Under the pieces are notes generated by a model. It did no database searches. It had not been told where the DNA came from and saw only the letters and a program-made list of their open reading frames with translations. A DNA stretch of 64,000 nt from Raja brachyura (Eukaryota). The DNA lies in assembly GCA_963514005.1 (NCBI GenBank), contig OY740785.1, forward strand, positions 49,538,001 through 49,602,000, read 5' to 3'. Below, piece after piece: positions 1 through 12,800 of this stretch; positions within the stretch are counted from its first letter, which is position 1, and every line of letters begins with the position of its first letter. The position numbers were made by a program, and so were the translations under genes.

Positions 1-182
1 CATAATTTATAATGCATTAAGCAATCATATAATTTTACAATTGCCTGTAAATTTATATAGATGAACAAGTAAATGTGCAAAGACTTTGAGATGCATATCA
101 ATAAATGTAACTGGACAACTCGAAAAAAAATATGTTTCTGTAATTCCAGTGTTACAGCTATACAACTAACAATGATAAGACA

Positions 183-595
183 GTGCAATGGTGCAGCTGG
201 TAGAGCTGTTGCCTCACAGCACCAGAGACCCGGGTTCGATCATGACCTCAGGTGCTTTCTGTGTGGAATTTTGCATGTTCTCCCTGTGACTGCGTGGGTT
301 TTCCGGTCTCCTCTCAGGTCCCAAAGAAGTGCAGGTTTGTAGGTTAATTGGCTTCTGTAAATTGCCCGTAGTGTGTAGGGTGTAGATGCTAAAGTGGGAT
401 TACAGTGAGCTGGTGAAAACAGGTGATCGACGTGGGCCAAAGGGCCTGTTTGTAGGTTAAATGTCTTGGTATGAATGTAAATTGTCCTTAGTGTGTGTAG
501 ATAGTGTTAATGTGCTGGGATCGCTGGTCGGTGTGGACTCGGTGGGCCAAAGGGCCTGTTTCCGCGCTGTATCTCTAAACCAAACTAAACTAAGA
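183..595 (+). mobile_element. HE1/V-SINE-type tRNA-derived SINE fused to the 3' half of a second copy
   Basis: tRNA-like head (tggtgcagctggtagagc...gggttcgatc), central gttctccctgtgac...gtttgtaggttaattgg, CR1-like tail gggccaaagggcctgttt; at ~449 it restarts at tttgtaggtt and ends gtatctctaaaccaaactaaactaa. Confidence 0.85.
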
Positions 596-601
596 CTGTA
601 C

Positions 602-702
602 CCAGGCATACGTCTGGGTGCTGGCATTTGTAGACTGCAGTATTGTCCATTTAGACACATGGCCAGCAATTTGTTTCTTGCAGCACCCAGACGTATGCCT
701 GG
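602..702. repeat. Perfect 22-bp inverted repeat with 57-nt spacer
   Basis: ccaggcatacgtctgggtgctg (602-623) is the exact reverse complement of cagcacccagacgtatgcctgg (681-702). Confidence 0.9.
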
Positions 703-1219
703 TGGGTCTCTATCGCCTCTTTGCACAAAGAATGTGCCTCTCATGGGAATTGTGCTTCATCAGCCTATACAGGTCCTTTTGATCCATGACAGCATTTTGT
801 CACTCCTCTTCTATCGTAACGTGCATTCATTTAGAAGTGGTACTCATCTGTTTCTGCGAGTGTTTGCTCATTTGGCAACATGCCCCTTCCAGAGATGGCT
901 GCAAAGATGACACATGCTAAGCTAGGTATTGACAGTAATGAAAGCTTGTAACACATCAGTGAGGAATGCTGTGCTGAACGAATACCATCAGATTCAGTAC
1001 AAGTCTCGCAAAGAATTCCAGCAATGTTGTTCTGCATATCTGGAAATCAAAGTTTGCAAACTTAATGTGAGTTTCATAACAGCGTTAGTGTGACTCTCAA
1101 TACAGTTCTAATGGCATTATAATATAGTATTGCAATTTTCAGCCATGTATATTTGTATGAATGGTTGACAGGAGGAAACTGGTTCCTAGGTAAGTATTTG
1201 TAACATTCAATTCACAGTA

Positions 1220-1861
1220 ATAGAAACATAGAAACATAGAAAAATAGGTGCAGGAGTAGGCCATTCGGCCCTTCGAGCCTGCACCACCATTCAATATGAT
1301 CATGGCTGATCATCCAACTCAGTATCCTGTACCTGCCTTCTCTCCATACCCCCTGATCCCTTTAGCCACAAGGGCCACATCAAACTCCCTCTTAAATATA
1401 GCCAATGAACTGGCCTCAACTACCTTCTGTGGCAGAGAATTCCACAGATTCACCACTCTCTGTGTGAAAAATGATTTCCTCATCTCAGTCCTAAAAGACT
1501 TCCCCCTTATCCTTAAACAGTGACCCCTTTTCCTGGACTTCCCCAACATCTGGAACAATCTTCCTGCATCTAGCCTGTCCAACCCCTTAAGAATTTTGTA
1601 AGTCTCTATAAGATCCCCCCTCAATCTTCTAAATTCCAGCGAATACAAGCCGAGTCTATCCAGTCTTTATTCATATGGAAGTCCTGCCATCCCAGGAATC
1701 AGTCTGGTGAACCTTCTCTGTACTCCCTCCATGGCAAGAATGTCTTTCCTCATATTAGGAGACCAAAACTGTATGCAACACTCCAGGTGTGGCCTCACCA
1801 AGACCCTGTACAACTGCAGTAGAATCTCCCTGCTCTTGTACTCAAATGCTTTTGCTATGAA
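1220..1861 (-). mobile_element. 5'-truncated CR1-clade LINE (HER1-like), ORF2 C-terminus plus 3' tail
   Basis: Minus-strand translations LYRVLVRPHLECCIQFWSP and YSLEFRRLRGDLIETYKIL are the CR1 ORF2 C-terminus; tail is (TATGTTTC)n, read as tagaaaca repeats on +. Confidence 0.93.
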
Positions 1862-2090
1862 TCTATCCATTATCTGGTATTTATTCTAAGATAGAGTTGT
1901 TTTGCACGTTTGGACATGCGGGAATTTGTTAAATTTAAATTTTATGATATTTACATGAATTAATTTGAGATTATTCCTGGTTGTTCAATGCATTGTTCTG
2001 GAACTTTCATTCCAGGATGAGGTAAAGAAAAATTGATCTTCTTGCATTTTTTAAATATAATTTTATTTAAGTACTTTTCAATATTTAACA

Positions 2091-2410
2091 GGCGGCACAG
2101 TGGCGCAGCACATTGAGCTGCTGCATCACAGCGGCAGAGACCTGCGTTTGTGTCCATAGGTGCTGTCTGTGTAACTTTTCCACGTTCTCTCTGTGACCTT
2201 GGGGGTTTCCTCCTGGAGCTCCAGTTTCCTCCCACATCCCCAATACATGATTTGTAGGTTACTTGGCCTCTGTAAACTGCTGCTGATGTACAGGGAGTGG
2301 GTGTGAAAGTGAGTTAACCTAGAACTAAAATGAAGGGTAATTGATTGTCAACATGGACTCATCAGGCCGAAGGACCTGTTTCCATGTTGGGTCTTTCAAT
2401 CAATTCAATC
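2091..2410 (+). mobile_element. HE1/V-SINE-type SINE (diverged)
   Basis: ggcggcacagtggcgcagc head, gtttcctcccacatccc core, ggccgaaggacctgtttcc tail. Confidence 0.8.
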
Positions 2411-3721
2411 GATCAATTTTCAGAATAATCATTAACTTATACCTAACTAATTATGTGATATTGACTGTATGATATGCCAAGACATGATGCACATTTATAA
2501 CTCCAAGTTAAAATACTAAACCTGACAGATGTGTATATCACCCCATGAACAGGCTGCTCTGTACAGTAAATGGCATATGATTAGGCAAAGTTTTCATCAC
2601 GGATCTTCAGTGTTATGGCAGAAGGTCAGTTTCAAGTAATAAGCCCAGGATGTTTGTCTTAAGCAGTTGAGTTTAACTTGGAGACTTATTAATCTTATCA
2701 TAAACACCCACAGAACAGACACGGCTGCAGATACTTTTGTTTTAAAACTAATGGTGTAAACTGCGACAGGCTTGAACACTGAGTTCTTTATGAGCGAGAC
2801 CCGGCTGTTCATTTTCACACTGTTTCTCTTAGCTTTAGCCACCATTTGTCTTTTGAGTTTTGAAATCAGCCTTTTTGCAGTATTGCAGCAACTGCTGAGC
2901 TGAGACAGGTGCAGGGATCAAAGAGGCTCAACAAATAAAACATCTGGACGCAAAAACCATAATAGGCTCATTTTGTTGCCAAAGTCTCACTAGGAAAATG
3001 TTGAAAGTATAGACAAATACAATTAGACCAATGATCCAAACACTGACAAAACAATTAAGCATTCTTTATGAAGTCACATCAAACAAAATTTCCAATGTCA
3101 TGAAATCGCATTGGATTATTTCACAGAAATTGTAATACATCATTTCTATGATAAACCAGAGATGATAATCTTGAAACAGGTGCTACTCATAAAATTTGTA
3201 GCTTTTCTCATGTAAGAGATATTTGCCTATTTGGCTGTGAAGGGATTTTCAGGATTAATTTAGATTATAAATTCTCCATGAAACTAAATTAACAAGGCAC
3301 TTCTTTCAAGATAAGTGCTATTTGAACTGTTCTTTCCCTGCTAATCACGTGATGCTTCAGTTTGTTTTCCCCGAATGAAAGTTCAACTCGGATAATTAAT
3401 TAGTTCCATGAATGCACATTTTGAGAATATGTGGGATTGGTGCCTTGATTCCATATTCCTTATTTTCAATTTAAATCAGGTATTATGATTGGTTTTTCAT
3501 GGAAAGTAGGGGACGAAGAGATTAAAAGAGAAAGTGATCATTTTGAGTCAAGAGTCAAGCAAGTCAAAAATGTTTAATTGTAAGCGTGCCATCAACAGAA
3601 CAATAAAATCTTACTTGCAGCTGAATAATAGGCTTGTAAACACAATACACACAGATAACATATAGTAAAAAATGAATTAAATAAATTAATCACTACACTC
3701 AATAATACTAAATAAGGAAAA

Positions 3722-3862
3722 CAACACAAAGTGCTGGATTAACTCAGTGGGTCAGGCAGCATCTCTGGTCTGAAGTAGGATCCCACCAGAAACGTCACCT
3801 ATCCACGTTCTCCACAGATGTTGCCTGACCCATTGAGTTACTCCAGCACTTTGTCACCCTTT
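3722..3862. mobile_element. Penelope pLTR-derived palindromic short element
   Basis: aaagtgctggattaactcagtgggtcaggcagcatct ... agatgttgcctgacccattgagttactccagcacttt arms around a degenerate ctgaag...gaaacgtc core. Confidence 0.75.
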
Positions 3863-4240
3863 CAGTACCATTGGTCGTCAGCATATAAACCAGTTCTTTT
3901 GGTGGTTGTATTCAGTACCACCCAATCTTTTGATGGGAATTATGAGGAATTTAACATCCCGTTTGTACAGACAAATAAGCACAAGCCTATTTCTGTAAGA
4001 ACCATGGATTCCAGTTTTCCAGTCATTATATTGGTTGCCAAACTGCCGGGATGGATTGAGTGTGAAAGGAAAAAAAACGGTTGTATTTGGGTTATTTTTA
4101 GGAACCCCAAATGGAATGTTTCAAGGGCAGGGACCTTAGACATAATTTGTTAAAATCTGTTTCATGAAAAGTGGAAACAAACAACTGAGTTTGAAGAAGG
4201 GTTTCAACCCAAAACATCACCTGTCCATTTTCTCCCAAGG

Positions 4241-4555
4241 TTAGACTTTAGATTTTAGAGCTACAATGCGGAAACAGGCCCTTTGGCACACCGAGTCCAC
4301 GCTGACCAGTGATCACCCCGTACACTAACACTATCCTACACACTAGGAACAATTTACAATTTTTACAGAAGCCAATTGACCTACAAACCTGCACATCTTT
4401 GGGATATGGGAGGAAACCAGAGCACCTGGGGGAAACCCACGTGGTCACAGGGAGAACATGCAGACTCCACACAGACAGCACCCGAGGTCAGGTTTGAACC
4501 CGGGTCTCTGGCACTGTGAGGTAGCAACTCTACCGCTGCGCCACTGTGCCGCCCC
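4241..4555 (-). mobile_element. HE1/V-SINE-type SINE
   Basis: Reverse complement has the gggcggcacagtggcgcagcggtagagttgct head, box B gggttcaaacc and the gggcctgtttcc tail. Confidence 0.88.
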
Positions 4556-4659
4556 CAAGATTCTGCATGACCTGCTGTGGTTCCTTCAGCATTTTTTGAA
4601 ATATACAAGATTCCAGCATACTGCAAGATTCCAACATCTTGCAGTATCCGAACAAACAA

Positions 4660-5862
4660 TTGAACCTGACATAAGTGGAGAGGATTTGTAGGAGGTTGGT
4701 ATTGATCAGGACATAAACTGCAAGAAGTGCAAGGAGTCTTTTAGGTTCCTGGGAACCATCATCTCCAAGGACCTTAAATGGGGGGCCACCATCGACTCCA
4801 CAGTCAAAAAGGCACAACAGAGGATTACATCCTGCGGCAGCTGAGGAAGCATAATCTGCCACAGGCAACATTGATCCAATTCCATAAGGCTATCGTAGAG
4901 TCTGTCCTCACCTTCTCCATCATGGTCTAGTTTGGCTCAGCCACCAAGCATGACATCCGGAGGCTGCAGCGATTCATCCGATCAATTGAGAAGGTTATTG
5001 GCTGCAACCTTCCCTCCATTGACAAACTGTACACTGCAAGGGCCAGGAAGCGAGCAGGCAAGATCATCTCTGACAACCTTTCACCCTGGCCACAAACTCT
5101 TTGAATCACTTCCTTCTGGAAGGTGACTCCGGACTGTCAAAGCTGCCACAGCCAGACATAAAAACAGCTTTTAAATAATAGTAAATAATAGTTTCTTTAT
5201 TGTCATTGTAACATGAACCATGTACAACGAAATTTAAAAATGTCAACCAGTCAGTGCACCATTCAAACCATAAAAGCTAACGATACATACAAGGTAAAAT
5301 ATTTAAAAAGATAAACAACTAAAATAAATATGAAATATGAAAATAGCACGCATAAACACCCAACCCTACATCCTTCTGTCGATTTCACAGTGTACCAACC
5401 ACAGTCCCTTAGTCCCCGCGTTCCTTGGCGGCTACATTTAGTGCCTTTATAGCAGTGGGGTAAAAACTGTTTTTAAGTCTGTTTGGCCTTGTCCTTGTAG
5501 ATCTGTACCGTCTGGGAAATGTCCTTTATAATATTCTGGGATTTTTTGATGCAGCGGGAACTGTGTAAGTCCTCTAAGGTAAGGAGAGGGCAGCCGACAA
5601 TCTGGGCGTTGTCAAGAACATAGAACATAAAACTTTTTTCCAAGAGTAGTAGCTCTACTCAATAACCAAAAATCTGTAGCCTCCCTTTGCTCTGGTATTT
5701 TATTTAATTCACATGTTTAATCAATAATGTTTTATTATTAATGTTGAATGTTTTATATGTCATTCCTAACTGTCACTGTGTGTCATGTTGTCACTTGCGG
5801 GCAGAGAACCAAGGCAAACTCCTTGTGTGTGAATACTTGGCCAATAAACTTATTCATTTATT
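4660..5862 (+). mobile_element. Rex1/Babar-type LINE 3' portion, interrupted at ~5172-5630 by an antisense fragment of the same type
   Basis: Translates across frameshifts to ESFRFLGTIISKDLKW..VKKAQQR..IVESVLTFSI..GHKLFESLPSGR..ARHKNSF and resumes ~5631 through aataaacttattcatttattca; the inner insert reads RRYRS..NRLKNSFYP on minus with a tgacaataaa tail. Confidence 0.8.
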
Positions 5863-6529
5863 CAAGTGTGACAAGAAGGATGTGGCCAGCTGGCCACAGC
5901 CATGTGGGAGATCACATGACTCCTTAAGATTATTTCAATACCATAACATAGAACATAAAACTTAGAACAGTACAGCACAAGAACAGGCCCTTCAGCCTAC
6001 AATGTTTGTGCCTAAAATGATGCCAAGGCCAACTCTTATCTGCCTGCACATTATCCATATCCCTCCATTCACAGGGATTCCAGAACAGAACTAAGGGAAG
6101 GTGAAAATTTCAATAATATTTATAACTGAAACAGTTCTGAGGCAATGAAGATCCTATTTCAGAAAACATCCGTAACTTTCAGAAGGGAAGTTAATATATA
6201 ATTCAAAGTAAAATATTGCAGGATTCTCTCCTGGCGTGTGACAGTGGGACAATCTGAACACACTTTCAAATAAATGTGAAATGTCCTTCTGCTTTAGACA
6301 CAGGTTTATTATTTAGTCCAGTGTTAATTAGTCCATAAATAAGAGAATTCCCTTTTGGAGAGCAGAATCTTTTCAAATATCACCTTCTGTTATTCACCGA
6401 CTTTATACTTTGGCCCTGCTTTGATAAATTTGCTATTGAAGCAAATTCTGAAGCAAATATTTAATAGATCAACATGTCATGAACAGCCACCTGTAAAGAT
6501 AAATTAAATAAATAGAAATGTTTCTACTT

Positions 6530-6887
6530 TTCGTAAAAATCATCCTAGCAGGATGCATCACAACTCTGCTGAAGGCCAACAGACATTGCAGTGACATGTG
6601 GATGTAGCCCAGTCCATCTTGCAGACCAGCCTCCTCTCCTGCTCCCCCCTTTGATTCTGTCTATACCTCATGCTGCCTTGGGAAAGAAGTCAACATAAAT
6701 AAGAACCAATTCCACCCCAGTTACTCTCTCTTCTCCCTTCTCCCTTCTCCCATGGACAGATGATACAATATGATCTTTCCATAAGCTAGGATATAGTCCC
6801 GATCTTCCAACAACCTCATTATGGTCTTCGCACTTTTTCTCTGTAACTGTAACAATATAATGTTGCAACACTGTATTCTGTACTCTA
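6530..6887 (+). mobile_element. Degraded Rex1/Babar-type LINE 3' fragment
   Basis: gtaaaaatcatcctagcaggatgcatcaca...tgctgccttgggaaagaagtcaacataaataag resembles the same C-terminal region; tail resumes after the SINE at ~7290 (gtacatgtgacaataataa). Confidence 0.5.
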
Positions 6888-7206
6888 ATTTAGTTTAGTA
6901 TAGAGATACAGCACGGAATCAGGCCCTTCGGCCCACCAAATCCGCACACCGACCAGCAATTCCAGCACATTAACACTATCCCACACACTAGCTACAATTT
7001 ACAATTATACCAAGCCAATTAACCTACAAACCTGTACGTCTTTGGAATGTGGGAGGAAACCGAAGATCTCGAAGAAAACCCATGCGGTCACAGGGAGAAC
7101 ATACAAACTCCATACAGACAGCACCAGTATCGGGATCGAACCCGCGTCTCCGCCGCTGAAAGCACTATTAGGCAGCAACTCTATTGCTGTACCACCGTGC
7201 CACCCT
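6888..7206 (-). mobile_element. HE1/V-SINE-type SINE
   Basis: (TTTAG)n tail, aggcccttcggcccacc, aattaacctacaaacctgtacgtctttgg, gggatcgaacccg box B. Confidence 0.88.
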
Positions 7207-8329
7207 AGTTATTTTACTCTTTGCTCTATTTTTGTGCATGTGTTTGGCTTGCTTGTATTCGTATATCATATGATTTGACTGGATAGCACACAAACAAAGC
7301 TTTACACTGTATCTCAGTACATGTGACAATAATAAATCAATACAAATACCAACATCTTACACAATACAGAAAAATGATTGTTTGCTGTGGGAATAGTATA
7401 TAATCATGGTTAATTTTATAAATTGTGACATTGTTTGCACAGGAGTTAGGAAAATAAAGCTAATTTTATTTTTACTGATGTTAAAATAATTTTATTTGTT
7501 ATTCTCTATTTAACATTTATTTTTATACAAATTAGCTTCAAATCTTAATAGGCTGCGTCATTGATTGTAACATTTTGATAATCAAATAAAAAAATCATGG
7601 AGCATTAAAGCTCTCAATGCATTCATCACTAAAACCAATAGTGTTCAGGATCCTTTTGTTGCAATAAAAGGATACCTCATTTCTTTGTCCCTTACCTTGC
7701 TTGTAGATGGCATTCCATTCAAGTTGCTTAGAAACTGCTTGGAGATCCGATAGCATCACCTCTTTGTATATTCCTTTTATATGCCGTTAGCTATTTTTAC
7801 TTCCAATGTTGAATATTTGTTTTCTCTTCAATAAAGCCTTTTACTCCATTCATCTTGTTTTACAATTAAGATCATTATTAATACAAATGTATATTATGTT
7901 GAAAGGCACCAAAATAATTAATACATTTAAAACTTGGTCCTGACAGGTGTATTCATTTCAGCTTTTTATTATATGCTTTCTGATTTTAGCTTAACTATAC
8001 CAAAGTTTAAAATGCATTGCAAGTTACCAAAAAATATTTATATCTTGGTCAGAACATAATGTACAGAACATCATTGATTTCAATCAAAGTGCTATTCACG
8101 AGAAAGAGAAAAGAAGCAGTATTTTATTGAGACCCTCAGCCATTGTCAAGAACTCACAGCAAGACTCAAATTTGGTCAAGGTCGTGAAGTTTTCTGATAT
8201 TACCAAAACCAGTTATGAACACAAAGGTAACACACTTTTGCTTTATCTCCTTCTCATGTCCATTCTGAAGTCAATATGATACATTCGCTGAGTTGTGTTT
8301 TTGCTTGTATTCAAATCATCAAGATAAAA

Positions 8330-10385
8330 TAGGCCGGTCAACATGGTTTTGTGAAGGGGAGATCTTGCCTGATGAATCTGCTGGAATTCTTTGAAGATGT
8401 GAATAACAGGACACACAAAGGATGTTGTAGATTTTCAGACAGCCTTTGATAAGTTGCCACATGTGAGGCTGCTTAGGAAGATGAGAGTCCATGGTATCAG
8501 AGGGTAGATACTAGCATGGATAGTAGGCTGGTTGGATGGCAGAAGGCAAAGTGGCAATAAAGGGGGCTTTTTCTGGTTGGCTGCCAGTGACTCGCGGAGT
8601 TCTGCAGGGGTCGGTGCTGGGGCCATTACTCATCATGTTGTATATTAATTATTTGGTTGAAGGGATTGGCTATATGGTAACCCAATTTTCACTGTACCAA
8701 TTGGTGCATGTGACAATAAATGTAAACTTGAAACTTGAAGATTTTGTGGCCAGGTTTGCAGATGATACGAAAATAGGTGGAGGGGCAGGTAGTATAGATA
8801 AAGCAGGGAATCTGCAGAAGGACTTGGACAGGTTGGGAGACTGGGCAGAGAAGTGGCAGATGGAAAATAGTGTGGCAAAATGTAGAGTCCTGCATTTTGG
8901 TGTTAGGAATAAAGGTGCAGACTATTTTCTGAATGGGAGAGAATCCAGAAATCAGAAGTGCAAAGTTACTTGGGAGTGCTGGTGCAGGATTCCCAAAAAG
9001 TTAATCTGCAAGTCAAATCGGTAGTAAGGAAGGCAAATGCAGTGCTAGTATTTATTTCTAGAGGGCTAGAATACAAATAAAAAGCGATGTAATGCTGAGG
9101 TAGATAAAATGCTGGAAAAACTCAGCGGGTGAGGCAGCATCTATGGAGCAAAGGAAATAGGCAACGTTTCGGGTCGAAACCCTTCTACAGACCTAAGCGA
9201 AATATGGCACAAGCAATCTTTCCAGATACAGCAGAGGTTCATCTGCACCTCCTCCAACCTCATCTATTGCATTCGCTGCTCTAGATGTCAGTTGCTCTAC
9301 ATCGGTGAAACCAAGCGTAGGCTTGGCGATCGCTTCGCCGAACATCTCGCAATAACCAACCTGATCTCCCGGTGGCTCAGCACTTCAACTCCCCCTCCCA
9401 TTCTGAATCCGACCTTTCTGTCCTGGACCTCCTCCATGGCTAGAGTGATGACCACCGTAAATTGGAGGAGCAGCACCTCATATTTCGCTTGGGCAGTTTG
9501 CACCCCAGCGGTATGAACATTAACCTCTAATTTCAGGTAGTCTTTACTTTCTCCTTCCCTTCTCAGCTCTCCCTCAGCCATCTTGCTCACCTCTTCCTTT
9601 CTTCCTCCCTTCTTCCCTTCTTCTCTCCCCCCCCCTCCCCCCCCCACCCTCACATCAGTCTGAAGAAGGGTTTCAACCCAAAACATTGCCCATTTCCTTC
9701 GCTCCATAGATGCTGCCTCACCCGCTGAGTTTCTCCAGCATTTTTGTCTACTGTCGAGTTTCCAGCATCTGCAGTTCCTTCTTAAACATGTAATGCTGAG
9801 GCTCTATAATGCGCTGGTCAGTCTGCATTTGGAGTATTGTGAGCAATTTTGGGCACAATATCTGAGGAAGAATGTGCTGGCTCTGGCAGGGTCCAGAAGG
9901 GGTTTACAAGAATGATCCCAGGAATGAGTGGGTTAACATATGATGAGCGTTTGAAGGCACTGGGCCTGTACTCGCTGGAGATCAGGATGAGGGGGACCTC
10001 ATTGGAACTTACCGAATAGTGAAAGGCTTGGATAGAATGGATGTGGAGAGGATGTTTACACTAGTGGGAGAGGCTAGGATACAGGTCATAGCCTAAGAAT
10101 TAAAGGACGTTCCTTTAAGAAATAAGATGAGGAGGCATTTATTTAGTCAGAGGGTGGTGAATCTGTCAAATTCATTCCCACAGAAGGCTGTGGAGGCCAA
10201 GTCAATGGATATTTTTAAAGCAGTGATAGATAGATTCTTGATTAGTATGGGTGTCACTGGTTATGGGAAGAAGGCAAGGGAATGGGGTTAGGAGGAAGAG
10301 ATAGATCAACCATGATTGAATGGCTGAGTAGACTTAATGGGCCGAATGGCCTAATTCTGCGCCGATCACTTATGACCTTATAACA
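8330..10385 (+). mobile_element. CR1-clade LINE ORF2 pseudogene (RT through 3' UTR) with nested insertions
   Basis: QHGFVKGRSCL.NL, AFDKLPH, GVLQGSVLGPLL, FADDTK, LQKDLDRL..W, 3' atgggccgaatggcctaattctgc tail. Confidence 0.9.
9101..9787 (+). mobile_element. 5'-truncated Penelope-like element with inverted 5' pLTR, nested in CR1, 14-bp TSD
   Basis: GIY-YIG fragment LIYCIRCSRCQLLYIGETKRRLGDRFAEHL; 9101-9192 is an inverted copy of 9658-9751; flanked by atgtaatgctgagg at 9087-9100 and 9788-9801. Confidence 0.9.
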
Positions 10386-10699
10386 TGACCCGATAGAGCC
10401 CCTCTTTTTGGGTATCTTGTATGTTTTTCACTACGTCTGGTTTGAGTTACTTTCTTTGTCCTACTTCTCCCAAAAAATCAATTTCCTTCAGCTGAACTTG
10501 AAGCAGCTAAAATATCGAAAATTAACAGAATAAAATTATGTTGCTGTAAATCTAGTGTTTCTTAAAGCAAAGCATGCAGTGGTGTTCAAAAACTTATTTG
10601 CTCTAATGAAGCAAGGTCTACAGTTTAATTTTTCACACTAAGAACAGTGACCCCAATCGTAAGAATTTAGTCAAAGGTGATGTATTTCAAACCAGGGCA

Positions 10700-11480
10700 T
10701 TGGAGATGTCCTCATTCTTTAGGGAACGGGGGTTCCCCTCTTTGACTATAGATGAGGCTCTCACCAGGGTCTCTTCTATACCCCGTAACTCTGCTCTCAC
10801 TCCCCATCCCCCCCACTCGTAACAAGGGCAGAGTCCCCCTTGTCCTCACCTTCCACCCTACAAGTCGTCACATGCAACGAATAATCCTACGACATTTTTC
10901 GCCACCTCCAATGGGATCCCACCACTGGCCACATCTTCCCATCTCCTCCCATTTCGGCTTTCTGCAGAGACCGCTCCCTCCGTAACTCCATGGTCAATTC
11001 GTCCCAAACCACCCCTCCCCTAGTATTTTTCCTTGCAACTGTAGGAATTGCTACACTTGTCGCTATACCTCCCCCCTTGACTCCATTCAAGGACCCAAGC
11101 AATCTTTCCAGGTGCGGCAGAGGTTCACCCACACCTCCTCCAACCTCATCTATTGCATCCACTGCTCTAGGTGTCAGCTACTCTACATCAGTGAGCCCAA
11201 GCGTAGGCTTGGCGATCACTTCGCCCAACACCTTCGCTCAGTTCGCAATAACAAACCTGATCTCCTGGTGGCTCAGCACTTCAACTACCCCTCCCATTAC
11301 GAATCCGACCATTCTGTCCTGGGCCTCCTCCATGGCCAGAGTGAGTCCCACCATAAATTGGAGGAACAGCACCTCATATTTCGCTTGGGTAGTTTACACC
11401 CCAGCGGTATGAACATTGAGTTCTCCAATTTTCAGGTAGTCCTTGCTTTCTTGCTCTTTCCCTTCCCTTCCAATCTACGA
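10700..11480 (+). mobile_element. Penelope-like element fragment (GIY-YIG endonuclease region)
   Basis: RVPLVLTFHP linker, then RQRFTHTSSNLIYCIHCSRCQLLYISEPKRRLGDHFAQHLRSVR..VAQHFN..LEEQHLIFRLGSLHPSGMN. Confidence 0.9.
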
Positions 11481-12015
11481 CATCTTTGCTTCAGGAATAA
11501 ACCTTGGTTTCATTTCCAGACTAAGTCCCAAGCTTTCAGCTGAGTTAGAAGTAGCAAAATTATTTTTAAAAAAGCGAAGGCTACATCAAGTATGTAAAAT
11601 AATTGTAGAATAAGTATGTAAAAATGGAAAATAAAGCTCAATTTAAAGAAAAATGGAAAGTCCAAAAATGGAAAGGGAACGGAAATACTGGATACATTTA
11701 TCTTTTACTTAGAACCTATGATAAACATAGCCAAAAATCACTAACAAAGTGGGCCTAAAGTTTGAGTTGAATAACAAGTCTTAACATTTATAGAGATAAC
11801 TAGCTTTCATACCAGGTAAATTGAGAACATCCTAGAAGTGTGTGTATGTTATCTGTGGTCAGAAAAACCAAGCTAGCATTTCAGTTCAATGATCTATCTT
11901 AAGAAGATGCAAAAATGCATCAGTGTCTTCTAATCATACAAACCTATGATGATTCAAAGCAGGAATATGTTGATCAGATTGCTAAAATTTTGGTCAGAAA
12001 TGGTTATAATAAGGG

Positions 12016-12245
12016 TGTAGCGGGTGCGTGAGAGAGCAAGGAATGAAGGCGAGAAGCCAGGCAAATTCAGCAGAGGCTTTAATGAGCACAGCACCCTACT
12101 CCCCGCTTAAGTGAGAGACTGAAGACTGGTCATCCGCCAAAAATCCCTGCTCTTATCTTCGTAGCTGGCAGCCTCCCCCTGACGTGTCCATCAAGTGCCG
12201 AAGGGGATGAACCAGGGAATGGCCTATTGCCCAGGAACCGCCACA
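12016..12245 (-). mobile_element. Probable solo LTR (Gypsy-like)
   Basis: GC-rich 230-bp island, termini TGTAGCGG...CCGCCACA (7/8 inverted), ATTAAA signal on minus (~12078-12083), flanks aggg/tggg as an imperfect 4-bp TSD. Confidence 0.65.
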
Positions 12246-12620
12246 TGGGAATTAAAAAAGCAGGTGAGAGAAAAAGATTTAGGAAGAGCATAGGTAAATT
12301 AGAAAATCATCGATGTTATGTTTGAAACTGTTTCCCTGATTTTAATGCTCACACCTTCCACATATGAAAATTATTCTGCACCTTCTACAGCAATAACATT
12401 CATTTTGATTAAGAGGAAACTTTTTATTAATTTGAAATATAGAAGAGAAACAATCTAATAATACCAATATGGAAATGGAATTCAATCTATTTGCAATTTG
12501 GATGGCATGTTCTAGATTTAAGCACTTGTTTTGTTTGAGTATATCAGTAGAGCTACATGTAATAGGGTTAGGATTTTATTTTAATGTAAAAGTTTCCTAA
12601 TAGATCACATTAAATATATT

Positions 12621-12800
12621 GTGTAGGAAGGAAATGCAGATGCTGGATTAAACCGAAGATAGGCGTAAAAATCTGGAGTAACTCAGCGGGTCAAACTGCA
12701 TCTCTGGAGAAGAGGGGTCTTGACCGAAACATCATCTATTCCTTTTTGCCTGAGATGCTGTCTGACCCACTGAGTTACTCCAGCATTTTGTGTCTATCTT
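12621..12800. mobile_element. Penelope pLTR-derived palindromic short element with 15-16 bp TSD
   Basis: Inverted arms ctggagtaactcagcgggtca / tgacccactgagttactccag; cacattaaatatatt on both sides (12606-12620, 12801-12815). Confidence 0.88.

Noticed and set aside
183-260. tRNA genes at SINE heads (also 2091, 4555, 7206, 13920, 31838)
   Set aside because: They run into the V-SINE body and LINE tail and do not form full cloverleaves.
461-910. 149-aa ORF, and similar ORFs at 43482-43949 and 44121-44693
   Set aside because: They start in or are antisense to repeats and show no recognisable domain; chance open frames.
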